Shown here: positions 61,398-64,000 of the stretch, in pieces
How positions within the stretch are numbered: position 1 is the first letter of the stretch
Layout: each line of letters starts with the position of its first letter
Origin: an uncultured Candidatus Rokubacteria bacterium
Lineage (GTDB): Bacteria > Methylomirabilota > Methylomirabilia > Rokubacteriales > CSP1-6
Direction: 5' to 3'
Length of the DNA stretch: 64,000 bases
Assembly (NCBI GenBank): GCA_963789955.1
Contig: CAWBMV010000003.1
Coordinates: 32,001 to 96,000, forward strand
The notes under the pieces: generated by a model
The model's database searches: none
Told to the model about the DNA's origin: nothing
The model's input: the letters and a program-made list of their open reading frames with translations, nothing else
Translations under genes and position numbers: made by a program

Positions 61398-61734
61398 AGT
61401 CCTTGCCCTTGAAGGCGCGCAGAAACTGGCGCAGGCTGGCAGCCTCGAGGCCGAGCCGGAACTTCTGATAGCGCGCCAGGAAGTCTCGGCCGGCGGCGGT
61501 CAGGCGCATCCCACTGCGCGGGCCGCCGCCGGGCATCCGCTCGACGAACTTGAAGCCGGCCGCGCGCTCGAGCTCGCGCAGATAGCCCCACGCGTTGCGG
61601 TAGGAGAGGCCGAACTCGGACGCCGCCTTCCGCAAGGAGCCGCGCTCGTCGATCAATCGGAGCAGCTGCGCGCGTCCGCGGCCGAGCTTCGGCCCCTTGC
61701 CGAACACCACCCACACTCGTATCTTTGGGTCCAC
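61342..61734 (-). CDS. ModE-like N-terminal winged-helix transcriptional regulator
   Basis: LG.GR..LL..I...GSL..AA...GLSYRNAW, GG...G..LT. Confidence 0.82.
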   Translation of the reverse strand: MDPKIRVWVVFGKGPKLGRGRAQLLRLIDERGSLRKAASEFGLSYRNAWGYLRELERAAGFKFVERMPGGGPRSGMRLTAAGRDFLARYQKFRLGLEAASLRQFLRAFKGKDFRRTRSPERSARTRAASG

Positions 61735-61790
61735 GTTCTAGAGGCTCGCCTCGCGTCTCGAGGGTACGCCAAGACGAAGGAGATCGGCTC

Positions 61791-62942
61791 ATGAAGGTGA
61801 CGACCGTCACGCCGTTCGTCGTGGATCCGGGCTACGGGAAGAACTGGCTCTTCGTGAAGGTCGAGACCTCCGATGGTCTCCACGGCTGGGGTGAGTGTTA
61901 CACGCAGGCCGACCGCGATCAGTCCATCGTCGCCCACGTGCGCCAGCTCGCGCGCTATCTGATCGGCCGCGACGCCGGCCACATCCGCCACTTCACGCAC
62001 TGGGCCTATCACGACTACGCCGCCAAGCGCGGCGCGATGGACTTCTGGAGCGCGGTCAGCGGCATCGAGCAGGCGCTCTGGGACCTGGCCGGCAAGCGCC
62101 TGGGCGTGCCCGTGGTGAGCCTGCTCGGCGGCCCGTGCCGCGAGCGGATCCGCGTCTACGCGAACGGCTGGTACTCGGGCGCCAAGAGCCCCGACGCCTA
62201 CGCGGCGAGGGCGAAGCAGACGGTCGCGCGAGGCTTCACCGCGCTCAAGTTCGACCCGTTCCCGGGGCCGTGGCGCACCCACATCTCGCGCGAGGCCGAG
62301 CAGCAAGTCGTCGAGACCGTCCGGGCCGTGCGCGACGCGGTCGGTCCCAAGGTGGATCTGCTGATCGAAGTGCACCGCCGGCTCGCGCCGATGCACGCGG
62401 TGCGGGTGGCGCGCATGCTCGAGCCCTTCGATCCGTTCTGGTACGAGGAGCCGGTTTCGGCGCGCGATCTGGGGGCGCTGGCCGAGTGCCGGCGCGAGAT
62501 CCGGATACCGATCGTCACGGGCGAGGAGCTCTACACGCGCTACGAGTTTCGCGAGGTGTTCGAGCGCCGCGCGGCGGACATCATCAACCCCGACGTGTGC
62601 AACGTGGGCGGGATCGAGGAGCTCCGTGAGATCGCCGCGATGGCCGAGGCGTACCACGTGGTCGTCTCGCCCCACAACTACAACAGCACCACCGTCGGCC
62701 TCGCCGCGACCTTGCACGTGTCGGCCGCGATTCCGAACTTCCTGATCACCGAGTACTTCGTGAACTTCGACACCCGGGCGGCCGAGGTGGCCGTCACGCC
62801 GTTCCGGCTCGACCACGGGTATCTGACGGTGCCGACGGCGCCGGGGCTCGGGATCGAGCTTCGCGAGGACGCGCTGGCGCGGTACGCGTATCGCGAGTTC
62901 CCGCCGCGGAACATCCCGACCCCCGGCGACGAGGGGCCCTAG
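61791..62942 (+). CDS. Mandelate racemase/galactonate dehydratase-like enolase superfamily protein
   Basis: WLFVKVET..G..GWGE, ALWDLAGK, ALKFDP, WYEEP, TGEE, PHN. Confidence 0.9.
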   Translation: MKVTTVTPFVVDPGYGKNWLFVKVETSDGLHGWGECYTQADRDQSIVAHVRQLARYLIGRDAGHIRHFTHWAYHDYAAKRGAMDFWSAVSGIEQALWDLAGKRLGVPVVSLLGGPCRERIRVYANGWYSGAKSPDAYAARAKQTVARGFTALKFDPFPGPWRTHISREAEQQVVETVRAVRDAVGPKVDLLIEVHRRLAPMHAVRVARMLEPFDPFWYEEPVSARDLGALAECRREIRIPIVTGEELYTRYEFREVFERRAADIINPDVCNVGGIEELREIAAMAEAYHVVVSPHNYNSTTVGLAATLHVSAAIPNFLITEYFVNFDTRAAEVAVTPFRLDHGYLTVPTAPGLGIELREDALARYAYREFPPRNIPTPGDEGP

Positions 62943-62952
62943 CCCGATTCCC

Positions 62953-64000
62953 GTGGCCGGGTCGCTCCCTTCGCACGCGCGGGTGGTCGTCATCGGCGGC
63001 GGGATCGCCGGCTGCAGCGTCGCCTATCACCTGACGAAGCTCGGCTGGCGCGATGTCCTGCTGCTGGAGCGTCGCGACATCTCCTGCGGTACCACCTGGC
63101 ACGCGGCCGGCCTTGTCGGTCAGCTGCGCGCGACCCAGAACCTCACGCGCCTGGCCAAGTACGGCGGCGATCTCTACGAGCGCCTGGAGGCCGAGACCGG
63201 CCAGGCCACCGGCTTCCGCCGGCCCGGCAGCCTGAGCCTGGCGCGGAACGCCGAGCGCATGCACGAGCTCAAGCGGCTCGCCTCGATGGCTCGCTGCTTC
63301 GACGTCGACGTCGAAGTCATCACGCCGGCCGAGGCGGGGCGTCGCTGGCCGCTCATGCGCACCGACGATCTGGTCGGCGCGTTGTGGCTGCCGCGTGACG
63401 GCCGCACGAACCCCATCGACACGACCCTGGCGCTCGCCAAGGGCGCGCGTCAAGGCGGGGCGACGGTTCTCGAGAACACCGCCGTCACCGGGATTCGGGT
63501 CGAGAATGGTCGCGTCACCGGGGTGACGACGACCGGCGGCGAGGTGGCGTGCGAGGTCGTCGTGAACAGCGCCGGCATGTGGGCGCGCGAGGTCGGCCGC
63601 ATGGCCGGCGTCACGGTGCCGCTCCACGCGTCGGAGCACTTCTACATGGTCACCGAGCCCATGGCCGGCGTGACGCCCGACCTGCCGGTGCTGCGCGATC
63701 CCGACGGCTACATCTACGTGCGCGAAGAAGTCGGCGGTCTGCTCATGGGCGGTTTCGAGCCGGTGGCGAAACCCTGGGGCATGGGCGGGATCCCCGCCGA
63801 CTTTTCCTTCTCGCTGCTTCCCGAGGACTGGGAGCACTTCCAGGTCCTCATGGAGCAGGCGCTGATTCGCATTCCCGCGCTCGAGACCGCGCCGATCCGC
63901 CGCCACGTCAACGGCCCCGAGAGCTTCACGCCCGATGGGCGATATCTCCTGGGCGAGGCGCCGGAGTGCCGCAACTTTTTCGTCGCGGCCGGCTTCAACT
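62953..64000 (+). CDS. GcvT-family FAD-dependent oxidoreductase (sarcosine/dimethylglycine dehydrogenase-like), runs off the window end
   Basis: Manual translation: VIGGGIAGCSVAYHL..LLE..GTTWHAAGLVGQLR...NGPESFTPDG. Confidence 0.9.
   Translation, partial: MAGSLPSHARVVVIGGGIAGCSVAYHLTKLGWRDVLLLERRDISCGTTWHAAGLVGQLRATQNLTRLAKYGGDLYERLEAETGQATGFRRPGSLSLARNAERMHELKRLASMARCFDVDVEVITPAEAGRRWPLMRTDDLVGALWLPRDGRTNPIDTTLALAKGARQGGATVLENTAVTGIRVENGRVTGVTTTGGEVACEVVVNSAGMWAREVGRMAGVTVPLHASEHFYMVTEPMAGVTPDLPVLRDPDGYIYVREEVGGLLMGGFEPVAKPWGMGGIPADFSFSLLPEDWEHFQVLMEQALIRIPALETAPIRRHVNGPESFTPDGRYLLGEAPECRNFFVAAGFN

Noticed and set aside
1..64000. CRISPR array, cas genes, tRNA/rRNA, integrase or transposase
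   Set aside because: No regularly spaced direct repeats, RNA-gene signatures or recombinase motifs were seen by eye.

Overview
High-GC bacterial chromosomal window, densely packed with accessory catabolic genes. These include CoA-transferases, luciferase-like oxidoreductases, SDRs, enolase-superfamily enzymes, xanthine-dehydrogenase-family molybdoenzymes, MetE-like proteins and a family-5 solute-binding protein. The gene mix resembles Candidatus Rokubacteria/Methylomirabilota (inference only). Many genes are split by clustered single-base indels, most likely long-read consensus errors. No rRNA, tRNA or CRISPR array was seen. The main points of interest are: (1) two dispersed copies of a DUF222-HNH endonuclease cassette, each with an equal-length (218 nt), partly conserved and apparently structured 5' leader and a shared 3' GCTAG; (2) a hidden 536-aa UGSC-motif selenoprotein fusion, with an in-frame TGA and a SECIS-like hairpin 11 nt downstream; (3) a cluster of general-stress genes (YHS, BON/OsmY, CsbD and a 16-aa membrane micropeptide), each behind a sigma-54 -24/-12 motif; (4) a lower-GC PEP-CTERM/PrsR/beta-barrel islet next to a truncated DUF2652-like gene; (5) an identical 47-bp hairpin repeat in two intergenic regions and a 151-bp element with 25-bp perfect inverted repeats.
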